Source: Rhizodiscina lignyota (Eukaryota). Taken from it: 64,000 nucleotides of DNA. The notes under the pieces are model-generated. The model saw nothing but the letters and a program-made list of their open reading frames with translations, was not told the DNA's origin and made no database searches. The stretch spans positions 682,001 through 746,000 of the forward strand of contig ML978131.1 of NCBI GenBank assembly GCA_010015805.1. Reading direction: 5' to 3'. The translations under genes and the position numbers were made by a program. How positions within the stretch are numbered: the first letter of the stretch is position 1; each line of letters begins with the position of its first letter. Below are positions 36,797 through 50,034 of the stretch, piece by piece.

Positions 36797-38510
36797 ATGT
36801 CTGACCCACTCCCTATTCCCTTAAAGACTCGCTCTCAACCCGACCTGGTCGACTCGAGATTTTCTGCTGCAGAGTCTCTTGCAGGTGACAAAACATACGC
36901 TTCCTCTGCTTTCCTCGGCGAGTCACCGCCAAATGGCTCGAAGACCCCGAATTTCTCATCATCTCCGCCTACGCCCGGTAAGCTGTCGCGGACGGCCTCC
37001 TTTTCTAATGGATCCGCCTACGACGACGATCCGTTCGTACCGCCGCCGGATCGAATCACCGTATTCGACCTCCTCGAAAATCTTGCTCTCCCACAGCGCC
37101 TAGAGCAGCTGCAGAGCACAATGACAGAAAGTGTGCGAAGGCAGCAGCAGCGGTTCCGGTCCAGTGGGCAGAACGCAAAGGATAAAGTCATAGATGAATG
37201 GAGACGGAGGCTGCCAACCGCAGATGAACAACTTGGGAAGTATAGAAAGCGGATGCGCGAAAGAGTGGACAGAATTGGCAAGACGTGGAACGACCGGAAG
37301 ACCGTCAGTGTCCGCGAAAAGGTTTCCTTCATCGCTGGCGTATTCAACATATTCATAAGCGGCTACTTTATCGGCTCGCATCCAGAATGGTTCCACTTGT
37401 GGTACGCGGCGCAGCTCGTATATTTCATGCCTATCCGATTCTATACCTACCATCGACGAGGGATGCACTATTTCTTGGCCGACCTTTGCTATTTCGTCAA
37501 TGGACTTCTTTGTCTCAGCATATGGGCCTTCCCGAACTCCAAGCGGCTCCTCCTGTCAACATTTTGCCTTGCTTACGGGAATAACGCCATTGCAATAGCT
37601 ATGTGGCGGAATATGTTGGTCTTCCACTCTTTGGACAAGGTTACGAGGTATGTCATTCCCCTAAATGCGTAAATCCATCTCTCGTCTGACCTTTCTTTCT
37701 AGTCTCTTCATCCACATTATGCCCTGCGTAACCCTCCACTGCCTCGTCCACCTCATCCCCCCGGAGCTTCAAGCTGCCAAATACCCCGCAATATACCGCA
37801 TCAAGAACGCCCCCAAAGGCACCCCCTTCCACTACTCCCCCGCCGAATTTCTGCTTTGGGCCTCCGTGCCCTACGCCCTTTGGCAGGCCACATACTACTT
37901 CTTCATCACCTGGCGGCGTAAAGAGAAAATCGCCGCCGGCCGCCTCACGTCCTTTGTGTGGCTGCGACGCTCTTACAAAGGCACCATGCTCGGCAACATC
38001 GTGCACCGCCGCCCCGAATGGCTGCAGGAGCCGACGTTCATGCTCATCCAGTACTTCTACGCCATGCTCACCACCCTGCCGTGCGCCTTGTGGTTCTGGT
38101 ACCGCTACGCCAGCGCGGGCTTTCTGACCATTGTGTTCGCGTGGAGTGTGTATAATGGCGCCACATACTATATTGATATCTTTGGGAGACGGTTTGAGAG
38201 GGAGCTCGAGCAGCTTAGGCGCGATGTCCAGAGAATGCAGAATAGTCCGGATGGGTTTAAGACGCCGCTTCTGACGCCGAATGATGGCGATAAAGGGCTT
38301 GAGATGACGGCTGGTAGGCGTCATGAGAGGAGCACGAGTACGGGAAGTGACAGTGAGATTAGCTACATGGGCAATGGGCATACGAAGAACAGAGAAAGCG
38401 TGGATCACATCCCTCTGCTCGACGAGAGTGTCAAGGATGTCGTGGTCAATGGTGATGGAGATGCTGGGCAAAGGACGCCGACGGGTCTGGAAGACAAGAA
38501 GAATGCGTAA
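36797..38510 (+). CDS. GPC1: Glycerophosphocholine acyltransferase GPC1 (DUF2838); intron ~37648-37702; possible upstream start at 36695
   Basis: EKVSFIAGV, MPIRFYTY, HYFLADLCYFVN, WRNMLVFHSLDKVTSLFIHIMP, GRLTSF.WL, YNGATYYIDIFGRRF. Confidence 0.88.
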
Positions 38511-38987
38511 TTTGGTTAAGTAATATACTTACGTCGTGACGGTACGGATGCGATATTTTGTGATTTGGCCTGTTTAGGGGCATGGCGGGCCTGTTCTGAT
38601 AGTCATTCTCAGCGAACACGCATCTGGAAGATCATTGGGGGATACGCATTCATTGGTGAATTTTTTTGGTGGCGTACAACTGTCTTTTTGATTTTTGCGT
38701 CACAGATACCCCCTTTCATTTCCCGGCTGCAACATTTTGACGTGTGCTGTTTGCAATACCCGGTTCGTCTAAGTAGAATGCTGTTTCGAGGTTCGGATAC
38801 GCGAGTACGTTTGTTAATTTGATCACTTTTGTTTATTCGGCCAGCATTGAAACGATGGTTCTGATATTAAACAACCAAATGGCTGATTTGGACTTGATTC
38901 AAATTGATCGAACGCTGATGCTAGAAAACTTCGCTACATATGCATATCGCTGATAAGAACAGCCAACTTCAATATGAAAATCTATTC

Positions 38988-40772
38988 TCAACCCATAGCC
39001 TTCAGCGCAGCTCTCATATCGTCGGTCAAAGGACCCAATTTGATTGCAGTGAAGTAGTTGATCGCAAAGCGCGTCGCTCTTGGATCCTCATCTGGGCTGG
39101 GGAACAAGCCAGCGTACGCCTCCTTCATGAGTGGATCGTGCATTCTCTCCACCAACTTCTTCATGCCAATTTCGTAAAGCATTGACTCGAAGAGAATCCT
39201 AATGAAAATACGACTGCTGGAAGTCGTCTCCTCTTCATTAAGATGGATGTTGCTAAGAACATACCATCCCAGTGCATCCGTCGCCAACAGATGCCCAAAG
39301 AACGCTGAGATAATACGAAGACGGTTCGTTTCGTAGCGGTGGATGGTGCTGTAGTACTCCGCAAACGCATCCTCGAACAACTCTTTCCACATGCGGTTAA
39401 TCTTGCAGAAGCGCTCGCCAATCAGGCCATAGAACTTGTCATATGTTTTCTCCTGACTAGCGCATTCCACGAGCATGCTAACGAGCTCCTTCTCCTCGCC
39501 TCGGGGTAGATCGATCTTCATGAGCTTGTGGACTGCTTCTTCGAAGCCTCCAGAGGATTTGATGGTGAGATAGATCTTGCGGCGCAGGTTGACGAGATCA
39601 GTGTTCGTTTGGTCATGGATCTCCATTACATGATCCTTTTCGTCTTCGCCGTCTGACTCGTCAGAGTCGTCTTCTGAGCCGTCTTCATCGTCGGAAGCAT
39701 CGCCCAAAATCTCCATCTTGACCTTCTTGTATTCATCTTCGTGCTGTTGGTAGTCCGGGTCGAACTTGAAAATGTTTAGTCCATCTTGGACATCAAGATC
39801 GTCATCATCAAGCGCAATATTATGGGTGATTTGATCATCCTCTTCAACCAGATCCAGCTCTTCCTTGACCGCCGGATTATCCTTGAACTTGTCTCTGCGT
39901 ATCTGGAAAAGTACTTCGATCATGTATTGTGTCCGCTTGTCGATGCTGGCTTCGTGAAGGATGCTTCGGAACTGGTCAAACAGCACCATCGCAATCTTGC
40001 TGTTCATCTCTTCCAAGTGTTGACCCACTTCGCGGGTCAAGCCAACTGCAACTTCCACGCTGTCATCGGTTGGATTCTTCAAAAGAGTAAGAAGTATCTG
40101 CGCTGCCAACATCTCATGTACGACTTGTTGGTTGCACAGGTGCGCAATGAATTGAGTACTGGCCATACAGACGGATTTGTCATTCCGCCTTAACGCCTTC
40201 TTGAATTGCACAACAAGGCGGTGTACGAGTAGTTCTCCAACCTGAGGAAGCTTGGTGTTGACGATGGCAACCATGGCAGCATAGATAGGCGTGAAGACTA
40301 GCGACGATGATTGCGCCTTCATGATAGACCGACAGAAGAGTCCACGGCCTCGGATCAAGTTCTCACTAAACAGCTCTGGGATGATGTGCTTGATATTCGA
40401 CACGTTGATTTTATTGATCAACCCATTGATACTCTTCTTCAGCGCCTCCCATGCCATGCGTTGGAACTCCTTCGTCGCCGGATCCGTGAACTGCGCCTGC
40501 AGGGCGCGCAGCCGTGCGGGGGGGATATAGGTGCCACCAGAGCGCGATGTAAGAAGCCTGTCATATTCTGCTTTTGCGGCAGCCTTCTTCTCCTCCTCTG
40601 TGAGAGGTTCGCGTTGACGGGGTGGGCTTGGAGGTGGTGGGCGGCGTAGAGGCTCTGGTGACTCGGACACTCTTCGTCGTTTCGCGGGTGGATGAAACGC
40701 AAGTTCATGTTGCTCAGGTAGGTCGGGATCAGGGGTTGGGACGCGCACCGCGCTCTGGAGGACTTCGGCCAT
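38988..40772 (-). CDS. CWC22: Pre-mRNA splicing factor CWC22 (MIF4G + MA3 domains)
   Basis: RSGGTYIPPARLR, QRMAWEALKKSINGLINK, ENLIRGRGLFCRS, TTSSSRIFI, TRFAINYFTAI.LG.LT. Confidence 0.95.
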   Translation of the reverse strand: MAEVLQSAVRVPTPDPDLPEQHELAFHPPAKRRRVSESPEPLRRPPPPSPPRQREPLTEEEKKAAAKAEYDRLLTSRSGGTYIPPARLRALQAQFTDPATKEFQRMAWEALKKSINGLINKINVSNIKHIIPELFSENLIRGRGLFCRSIMKAQSSSLVFTPIYAAMVAIVNTKLPQVGELLVHRLVVQFKKALRRNDKSVCMASTQFIAHLCNQQVVHEMLAAQILLTLLKNPTDDSVEVAVGLTREVGQHLEEMNSKIAMVLFDQFRSILHEASIDKRTQYMIEVLFQIRRDKFKDNPAVKEELDLVEEDDQITHNIALDDDDLDVQDGLNIFKFDPDYQQHEDEYKKVKMEILGDASDDEDGSEDDSDESDGEDEKDHVMEIHDQTNTDLVNLRRKIYLTIKSSGGFEEAVHKLMKIDLPRGEEKELVSMLVECASQEKTYDKFYGLIGERFCKINRMWKELFEDAFAEYYSTIHRYETNRLRIISAFFGHLLATDALGWYVLSNIHLNEEETTSSSRIFIRILFESMLYEIGMKKLVERMHDPLMKEAYAGLFPSPDEDPRATRFAINYFTAIKLGPLTDDMRAALKAMG

Positions 40773-41140
40773 TTTTGGCAGTTTGTGAGTGCTGTTTGAA
40801 TGAGTAACTGACTGTTGACTTGTGGTGGTACGAGAGGCGAGAAAAAGTGCGGGAGCATGCTAGGGAGCTTTTGCACCAAAGGGCTTGGCATCACGAACCA
40901 ATCAGAGCTAAGTCGATAAACTACTAACACCGCCTACATTACTGGCATGTCTACAAGTGAGTCGTGACAGGTAGAGAGTGTTTCGACCTCATCTCACGCT
41001 AAACACACATCTACTTAATGGCTTCTGCAAAATTGACGCACGTTTTCATTCGCCTGTAAAGCTAAAGTCTCGGATTGAGATACGATCAACACGCATGGCC
41101 AGCAGCCTTGGTCTTTTTAAAAGTCAAGTTTGATCCTCTC

Positions 41141-42145
41141 TCAATCCGAGACTTTAAGCACCACTTTTCCTCTGGCATGACCACTATCGAGTCTCTGAAA
41201 TGCCTCTCTCCAGTCATCAAGCGACCAAATACTGTCCACGATAGCCTTGCACTTCCCGCTCTCGATTAGATTTGAGACCAGTTCAAGCTGTCCACCATCG
41301 GGGTCAACAATGAACCAATGAGTCCTTACACCCTCAGCAACGCCTGTAGCAGGTTTCTTCGTCTCAGCTGGCTGAGCAACACTATTCAAAAACCCACTTG
41401 GCTTAACAACCGTCCACGCTTCAGCAAGCGTGTCACCACCTTTGCAGTCAATGACAATGTCAAATCTCCGAGAGTCGTCTTCCTGAACCCATTGACTGAG
41501 GTTTGTATTTGTGTAATCCAAAACCTCATGAGCTCCAAGCTCTTTAACGAAGTCGATGTTACTTGGCCCACAAGTGGCAACTACGAAAGCGCCTGCCCGC
41601 GACGCAAATTGGACTGCCCAAACTCCTACACCTCCGCTTGCTGCCGTGACGAGAACTCTCTTCTTTTCACCATCCTTTTCATTATCCTGTGGTAGTGCAC
41701 TCAAGCCAGCGTAAACAAATAGCGCTTGTGATGCTGTGAGAGCACTTAGTGGCACTGTTGCAGCCTCTTCCCAGCTAAGTGATTTGGGCTTCAGAGCGAG
41801 TTCCGCATCAAGCGCGATTTGTTGCTCGCGAGCAGCACCAGCTCGGCTGAAGGACGTGAGAGCATACACTTCGTCTCCTGTCTTGAACTCGGATCTCGAA
41901 GCCGGCGAGATGACGACTCCTGCCATGTCGAAACCGGGTATTGGAAATTCGAGAGAGTTTGGCTCAGGCCAGAAAAGCTCTCCGCTGGTCAGAGATGTTG
42001 CCCGAACGCTAATGAGATTGTATTGGGAGCGACTTTGTTCAAACATAAGAGGGTTACGATGTTGTATAAGAGAAAGAGAATGTGTTTTTTTATCGTGTAG
42101 TAACGTTTTGATGCTCGAGTCGGACATTGTTGAGATTAAGGACAT
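41141..42145 (-). CDS. Medium-chain dehydrogenase/reductase (zinc-free quinone oxidoreductase-like)
   Basis: PIPGFDMAG, EEAATVPLSALTASQAL, VLVTAASGGVG, GHARGKVVL. Confidence 0.85.
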   Translation of the reverse strand: MSLISTMSDSSIKTLLHDKKTHSLSLIQHRNPLMFEQSRSQYNLISVRATSLTSGELFWPEPNSLEFPIPGFDMAGVVISPASRSEFKTGDEVYALTSFSRAGAAREQQIALDAELALKPKSLSWEEAATVPLSALTASQALFVYAGLSALPQDNEKDGEKKRVLVTAASGGVGVWAVQFASRAGAFVVATCGPSNIDFVKELGAHEVLDYTNTNLSQWVQEDDSRRFDIVIDCKGGDTLAEAWTVVKPSGFLNSVAQPAETKKPATGVAEGVRTHWFIVDPDGGQLELVSNLIESGKCKAIVDSIWSLDDWREAFQRLDSGHARGKVVLKVSD

Positions 42146-42876
42146 AGAGCTCTTGAAAGGCGATTAAAGAATGATAATATTACTCTTTTGATTCAGTGAA
42201 ACTGAAGTTTCCAACCTATTTCATCCCCGTGATCTTGGAATTATCGGCGATGAAATGTCCCTGATAGTAACAGAGCTGAAGTTAGACCCGTATGAGTAAG
42301 CTGGTTGCCGATTAGGCTATCGAAGAGGTTTCGAAACTGTCCCGTAATATGGTACCCGTGAACTTTCTTGACAGCAGATTTCAGGAATGCCTCGCATCCA
42401 TTGTGGAGGTGGAGTGGAGTGGTCTAGCTCGCTCAATCGGAATTCAGGTGGACACCGTGGGAGGAAGTTGTACTCGACAGAAGGATTGCGCTCTGCTGCA
42501 GCGCTAAAGATCGGACTCTTGCTCGGTTAAGTCGCTAACTAAAATGTCATCTAACTTAGGAATCTGAGCTGCGAAACAGCAGATGCCGTGGATGGAGATA
42601 TGACACTGATGCAAGAAATCGGGGAGTAAGGGATGTGGTTGGGACGCCACAAAACCAAAAGAAGATCTCGGTCCGAGCCGAACATCGCGCCTTGGCCTGG
42701 TTGGAGAGCTCTGATGTCAGCTCTTTCATCCCAGCTTTTCCTTTCCATGTCCCCCTCATTCTTGTCCATGAAATGGAATGCTTGTCAGAGCATTCAACGT
42801 TCGGATTCTTCAGCCAACATCAACTTTACGACACAAGGGCCGTTGGGCCAGATCAATTGGAGCCAGTCCTCGAAAG

Positions 42877-44014
42877 ATGAAGCTCGAGCTTTCGGGCCCA
42901 CTGCCAGAAGCAGTGGCAAGTAAATTTCGTGAAGCAAAGTCGAAGGAGAGCCTCACATTCTCTCATACGGAGCTCGCAACAATATGCACGAGCTCCGGAA
43001 TACCGGTGAGTAAGTAGCAGTTCAAATTGTCGCTGGAAAATAAGTATGGTAGTTGACAAACATGGGATGGAACAGTTTCAGCTCCGCTACTGTCCAGCGC
43101 TTGCAAAGAAGCCTACACAAAATGACAAGCCAACTCCCTCTGAAAAGAAGCCCGACCCATTTCTAGACCCACCCGACGACCTCCTGATCACAAGGATCTC
43201 CTCTGCTACATCTTCTCACGTATTGGTATTGAATAAGTACCCTGTAATTGCCAACCATTTTATAATCGCCACAAGAGAGGACAAGCCGCAGACACACGTT
43301 CTAGAGGCAGAAGACCTTGAAGCTACATATCTGTGCTTGCATGAGTGGGAGAAAGATGGTGGAGGGAAGCGACTCTTCACGTTCTTCAATTCTGGAGAGC
43401 ACAGTGGCGCCAGTCAGCCGCATCGACATTTACAATTTCTACCGATAGAGAGCATGAAAGAAGGCGATGAAGACGGAGAATGGCAAGTCCTGTCGGATAG
43501 GATATCCGGTCGTTCAAGGAGGTACAGCGCGGGAGCTGCGGCCACAGGCCCATCACCCCAAACAGAACTCCCTTTCGCCTGCTTCTCTCGAGCGATTCCG
43601 CAAAATGCGAGTTCTGACCAGCTGTTTACCATCTACACCACGCTCCTTTCTGAAGCGACAGTGGCCGCAAGGTCTTATGCGCAAGCGCATCCAACAGATT
43701 TTGCGCTTCCCACTATCTCCGGAGAGTCTATTCCGGCACCAATATCTTATAACCTGGCAATGACTACGTCGTCAATGGTATTATGCCCACGAAGCAGCGA
43801 AGGAGTGGTATTGAAACAGCAGGACGGGTCAGAAGCCGGATATGTTGCCCTGAATGGCACGATTTTAGGCGGGACCCTAATGGTGAAGCTCAAAGAAGAG
43901 TGGGACATCCTGCGAGGAGATTCGACAGCCTTGGATTTGCTGCTGGCGGCAATTGGGATCCCTACAAGCGGTTCATCGAGCGAAGAGGTCGTCGAAAACG
44001 AGTCAAGATTGTAG
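42877..44014 (+). CDS. APA2: ATP adenylyltransferase / Ap4A phosphorylase (APA1/APA2 family); intron ~43006-43075
   Basis: FQLRYCPALAKKP, KPDPF, LVLNKYPVI..HF, FFNSGEHSGASQPHRHLQF (HxHxQ), SYNLAMT, LNGTILGGTLMVK. Confidence 0.88.
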
Positions 44015-45677
44015 TCGATGAGAATGTTGACAAAGAACGCTGAATGAGCATTGGGGGCCGATTCTGTGCCTTCCACGGCCCATGGCTTGCGAGCTTCACT
44101 GTCTCACTTTTTTTCTTCCAACTTTTCGACAAAGTTCTCAAGCCCTCTCAGATACGAACTACGTGTATTGCGATTGATCTTATGTAAGCTTTGAGTGAAC
44201 GGAGGCTAACTGTCCAGGGAAGCTGCAACGAGCGCTATGTAAAGATGTTGAGTGGTGGGTGGTTTGTACACTTCGAGTCTCTGTGCACTCTCGACCGAGA
44301 GGCTGCTAATATCTGCTATCTTCTAAGGTGTAGAAGGGCATCTTATTCGTACGGATGTAAGATGCTGTGGCCAAAAGCGGTAGCAACCAGTTCATCTTCC
44401 TAGGTATTCCCAGCGACTGCCAAAGGGCGTGACGTAGGATTGCAGCTTGGGAAACCGCCCTCTGTGACCTGTCCTCCCATCTCATAATTACGCGTACCAG
44501 TGATGCCTCGGGAGACGCCATTGATTAGGAAAAGTCCGCTCACGGAAAACTGATATGGGATTAGCTAAGATCCATGATGGTCTCTAGGGACTCCTTTGGG
44601 GCCAAGGAACATTCCGAACATGCATGAATTTCCGCGCGAGATGTCGTTTAAACTCATGTTGCGACGGCCGGTTTGCCGTCAGTGACCGTCACCGCGCAAG
44701 CCCGCATTTCCACTCAGGTTAGCTAGCCGATGTACATCCCGCTGACGTTTTGGCCTACCTGAAGTCAATGCTTTGACAAGACGCGGCGCTGACCCGCAAC
44801 ATCCTTACTGTATCGCAGGTACCGGGTGACAAGTGAGACATGAGATCTATCAAAAGTAGTCATGAAGATGACTCAGGTATGTAAACACACATGAACCTCA
44901 TACGAGCCAAATTCGTGCAAGCTTGAAACTCCCGTCCGGTTCTTCTTGGCCGCTGTGGCGGAGTTAATCGGGGCTTTGGCGATGTCTCCATACTGCCTCC
45001 ATGGAACTCGACCGTACATTGGCTACAGCGAAGTCCTGGTAACATTGGCAAAATGGAACGATGCCTCCTCTTTCGTCGGCTTGCGGCGAGAGTGCAGCGC
45101 CCAGAGAACCTCGCGGACTGCCCTAATGTCTCTGTCGTCACAATCGGCACACCGGCCTACTGGGATGGACCTCGCGCAGCTTTCTAGTTTTGAACTCCCA
45201 TTGCTCCCCCACATTCAGCTATAGCTAAAGTTGACTTTAAAGCTCTCACACACCCGTAGTGGACCGGTGGTTAGTGAACCCGCAATGCGAGAGCGACCGG
45301 CGAATTGGAGCACTTACAATCATCTCTTGCCAGCAGTGCCAGCCTACCATTGTTGAAGTTAAGTAAGCACTAATGTCAGAATTGGAGATTGGATAGTCTT
45401 GAGCTTGCGGGGGAGGAGAATGGTGGAGCCACCCTGCATATTCCCTGGCTGTTTGCGTAAAGCAGAAAAAGCCTGAACAGGGTGTGTGATACTACAGCAC
45501 AAGTATCGGCGTTAGAGAATGCTGTTAACAACCGGACGAAAATTAGTACCGATGGGAGCACACATTATATGATTGCCAGGTTACTTCTTTCCTTCTTTGT
45601 CTCCTCTGCTTCAGCTTTAAATTCCAAATTTCTGTGGACACAACTGTACCTTCTCAGGACTCGATCACTGCTTCAAT

Positions 45678-47345
45678 ATGGGTTTTACTATTCCGGACAA
45701 GATTGAGAATCGTCTGTTTATTAACAACGAGGTGGGTTTTTTCCGAAATTAGTAAATGGCAGGCTAATTGACTATGTGTAGTTCGTCGAGAGCTCGGACG
45801 GGAAGAAATTCAACGTCAAGTCGCCATATTCGCACGAGACCGTAGCTTCTGGTTCGTTTACTCATCTTTGATTTGGTTTCAAAGTTATAGCCAGCATAGA
45901 ACCGATTTGCTGACGCAATCCTCTCACTGCAGTTTTCGAAGCAACCGAAAATGATACGAACAAAGCGGTTGCAGCTGCAAAAGCAGCATTCCCAGAATGG
46001 TCCGAAAAGGATCCCCACGAGCGTGGTCAGCACCTCGAGAAGCTGGCCACTCTGATGGCTCAGAACCATGAGCAGTTTGCTGTCCTCGATGCGATCTGTA
46101 TGGGCCGCCCAGTTTCCAGCTATTTCGATGCGCTCTACGCCGCGGGTTTCGTCTCGCACTACGCGACAGCTGCCTACGCATATGGCAAGGGAACGACTAG
46201 CTTGAACACAAAGGGCTTCGTAAACCTGACTTTCCGTCAGCCTATTGGTGTGGTGGGCGCAATCATCCCATGGAACGTGCCCGTTGTTATGCTGGCCCAT
46301 AAGATCACTCCAGCAGTAGCTTCAGGTTGCACGATTGTCTTGAAATCCTCCGAGAAGGCGCCGCTGTCCTCACTAAAGTTCGCTCAATTGGTCAAAGAAG
46401 CTGGCTTCCCTCCAGGAGTCATCAACATTATTTCTGGTTATGGTACTCCATCTGGCTCAACGCTCGCTCTGCATCCTGACGTTCGCTGCCTCAACTTCAC
46501 CGGCTCCGGCGCGACGGGCAAGAAGATCCAAGAGATGGCTGCCAAGTCGAATCTCAAGCGCGTGATCCTCGAGCTGGGCGGTAAATCTCCAACACTCATC
46601 TTCGACGACGCAGATATCTCTCAGGCCGCTGCCGAAACTGCCGCCAGCATTCGCCTAGTCTCAGGCCAGGCCTGCATCGCCAATAGCCGCATTTACGTCC
46701 AGGACACAATCGCGGACAAGTTCCAGACCGAGTTCAAGAAGCACTTCACCAATGCCCAGATTGGCGATCCCCTCGACCCTGCCACCACTCACGGTCCCCA
46801 GGCAGACGAAATCCAATACAACAGGTTTGTGAACAGGGCTATACCAGAGTGTAAAATGCTAATGATTCCATAGGGTGAAGGAATTTGTCGAGCTTGGCAA
46901 GAGCAAAGCCCTTGGGAAGCTTGTCGCAGGCGGTGACTTCCCGAAAGCAAACGGCAAAGGCTATTTCGTCAACCCAACAATCTTCCTCGACGTGCCTGAG
47001 GATGCGCGGACATTCAAGGAAGAGATATTCGGCAGCGTCGTCGGCATCAACACATTCAGCAACGAGAAAGACGTCCTGGCCAAAGCAAATGACACCGAGT
47101 ACGGTCTGTACAGCGCCGTTTACACCAAGGACATCAGTCGCGCAATGAGAGTCGCGAAGGCACTGGAGGCTGGCTGTGTCGGTATCAACTGTACAAGTCC
47201 GAGCATGGCACATGATATGCCGTTTGGAGGCTACAAACAGAGTGGTCAAGGCCGCGAGGGCTTCGGGTATAGCATGGAGAATTACCTCGAGGAGAAGGCC
47301 GTTCTGATTAAGATTGACAATGCGGCTGCCGGTATGATCGGATAA
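45678..47345 (+). CDS. NAD(P)+-dependent aldehyde dehydrogenase; multi-exon
   Basis: RLFINNE, IIPWNVP, LKSSEKAP, FTGS..TG, LELGGKSP, GQAC (catalytic Cys), EEIFG, PFGGYKQSG.GREG. Confidence 0.92.
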
Positions 47346-47654
47346 TCGTAGGATGTTAACAGGCCTGTAAGACAAACGGGAAGCTAGTATGTCTAACAAA
47401 AGTTATTAACAGTATATTCCCCGTTTCGGACAATTGAGATGGACGAGAAGTATCGCACAGACGTTTTGTTCTTCAGCTTATTAGGCCGAAAGCTTAGTAT
47501 GATTTCTTGGCCGGTTTACTAAGATTACACCATCTTAATAAACATGTGTCTGCTGAAGCCGCTAAGCACTTTAACACCTCCCCGATGGCAGTCCATAAGC
47601 TCTATTTGGCGATGCACCATGAATCAAAGCAGCTGCTGGGGAGCACAAGCCGGT

Positions 47655-50034
47655 TCACACGCTTTTCGCCGCCACCTCATGTTCGTGCTCGATACCCTCC
47701 TGGGGTCCAGTTCTACGCGAGCTATTGTTAATGTTCTCGTCAATTGCACTGAATGGCATCGAATACGCACGAGCAGCTATTTCGACCACTGTGCGGCTCA
47801 CCCTTGAGCGGCATTTCGTCTCTCTTGACCAGAGAAGCTCTTCTCTGCAACTGCTGCTCCGAACTTGAAGCGCACTCGCGATGTAGTTCACCGCTCCGAC
47901 AGCTAGGGAAGCAGGGTATCTGACCCAATGCACGCACCGGCGGAATCGCCGCACCATCCTGAGACCACGTAGTGCATCGTCGTAGTCCTCCGTCGAGAGA
48001 TGCGCCTGTAGGCACCATTCGATTACAACATAGACGATGCCGACACCCATGAAGGTGCAGGAGATGATAGTTCCTTCCACCCAATACTTGTGGAGCTGTG
48101 GGTTGGCCGAGTACTGCCACACATTGAAGTCGAGGTAGCCACCTCTAGGGCTCCAGGTACTGGCCTGGCATGCGCAGTTGACAAATGCGCCAGTAGTCTG
48201 TGCCAGGAACAGGTAAATAAGCCATGCGCAGTTGAATGCTTCCACCGGGATAAAGAAGCAGTATTCAAACCAGCGGCGGGCGTTCAGTTGTCGCAACGCC
48301 TTGATATTCTTCCGGACCGTATCCTCAAAATGCGTTGAGTTCGACTTTCGCTGACAGCAGAACAGACGCATTGTACGAGCACACAGGGTGACCAGTCTAT
48401 CTTCCATACATTGGAAGAAACGATGGCAGCCAGACTTCAGTGGGACGATGCGGTTTCCTTGCCCGTTGGCAGATACGGACAATGCCCGCATAATCAGAGC
48501 ATGAATCTTCCCATTTCGAACGGGAGATGTATATGCCCAGATCAAAAATTCTGCGACAAGAAGCGCCGTTGCCACTACACCGAAAACCATGTAGCCTCCG
48601 CTGCGACAGGACAGTCCGACAGTAGGAGTGAAATAGGATAAGATGAATGCGCCGGCAATAGTTCCGCCCACACACGAAATCGCTCCAAGTATTTGCCTGC
48701 AGAGATATTATGAGCATCTAGACCAGAGGTCAAGGTTATGCGCCTACCAGCACTGCCGGCCATCGAACCACACAAAGCTTCGATCCACATGGCCGAGAAC
48801 CAGATTTGCACGAGCAACACGTTCATTGGCGAGCCAATTCCGGCCATAGTCAGCGATGTAGGCCTTTTCAATGTCGATTAGGATTGCGTGCGCAGCACCG
48901 TAGTGAAATCGAACTCTTCCTTGGCCAGCGAAACCTGTGAAGTAGTTGCCTTTGATCAGATGTGTTTGTTCAGAGATCTTTCGGACCCAATGTGTCATTA
49001 TGTGTGCCTCAGGTAGATCATGGAATGAGTTAATAAACGCCTGTCTATTTTCTTCGTCCTCGAGGGAAACGCATACCAGGTCTACCAGCTTATTGAGCTT
49101 CTTTCGAATATCGTCAGATGCTACTGGATTCCGATCAACAATGGAGCAGAGAATAAGGACAGGGAACCATCCCATAAACAGACCAATAGCAAGATCGTGG
49201 GCTTGGGTATTGTTTCCGAGGAACCCGAATGCCGATTGTATCGAGATACCAAGCGAAAAGAGGAACCACAATGTTGAGATGAATACCGGTACCACTCCTC
49301 GCCTCCTGTTGCTCCGGAGCTCCCGAGCAAGTTTTTGACGCATTTGATTCAGTGTCTTCCTGGAGCCTATCAACTGCAGATTTTTCGAGAACAAGGCGAT
49401 TCGTAGAAGTCCTTCCGCTTCTTTGGTCATAGATATGAGCGGCTTCATCTTGTACTGGTTGATGTTCATCAACAAGTAGAAGGAGTCCCTCATGCTCGCA
49501 AAATCGCTTTCCATATCTGGCAACGGCCCGTCATATGGCGCCGACATGTCAACTGTGAATTCAGATTAGCATCCGTGTTATAATAAGGGAGAGTGTCACA
49601 CCAAACATTGCGCACTTTCCGCTGACCTTTATATTCCACAATACATATGCCAGACTTGACATCGGAGAGCCGACCCAGCGGCAGATGGCTTGAATTGTGC
49701 GCCAGAACGCGTTGCTTTCAAATGGTGCCTGGAGAAGTGTCCCGAGTATAGGCAAGATCCAGGTTGTGATGAAGCTGGATGATATAGACCAGTCGTACCA
49801 ATTGTTTCCTGTGCCGCAAAGAGCTACGCACCCGCTGTAGGTGATTTGAGAGCTCGCATTCGGTGGGACGAGACGAACCGGACCACTATAGTTGTACTTG
49901 GCTATTAAGGACGGTGAGGATGTGTATTGCGCACCACATTGTTCAAAATTAGCAGCCTTCACCATTTTGCCGAAGATAGGGGATGGAAGAATGGAAATTG
50001 CCTCAAAGGAGACGAAGGCCTGAACGTCCCACAT
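47655..50034 (-). CDS. Fungal multi-pass membrane protein of unknown function; ~3 exons
   Basis: Three consecutive long minus-strand ORFs with many hydrophobic segments, separated by short intron-like gaps. Confidence 0.7.
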
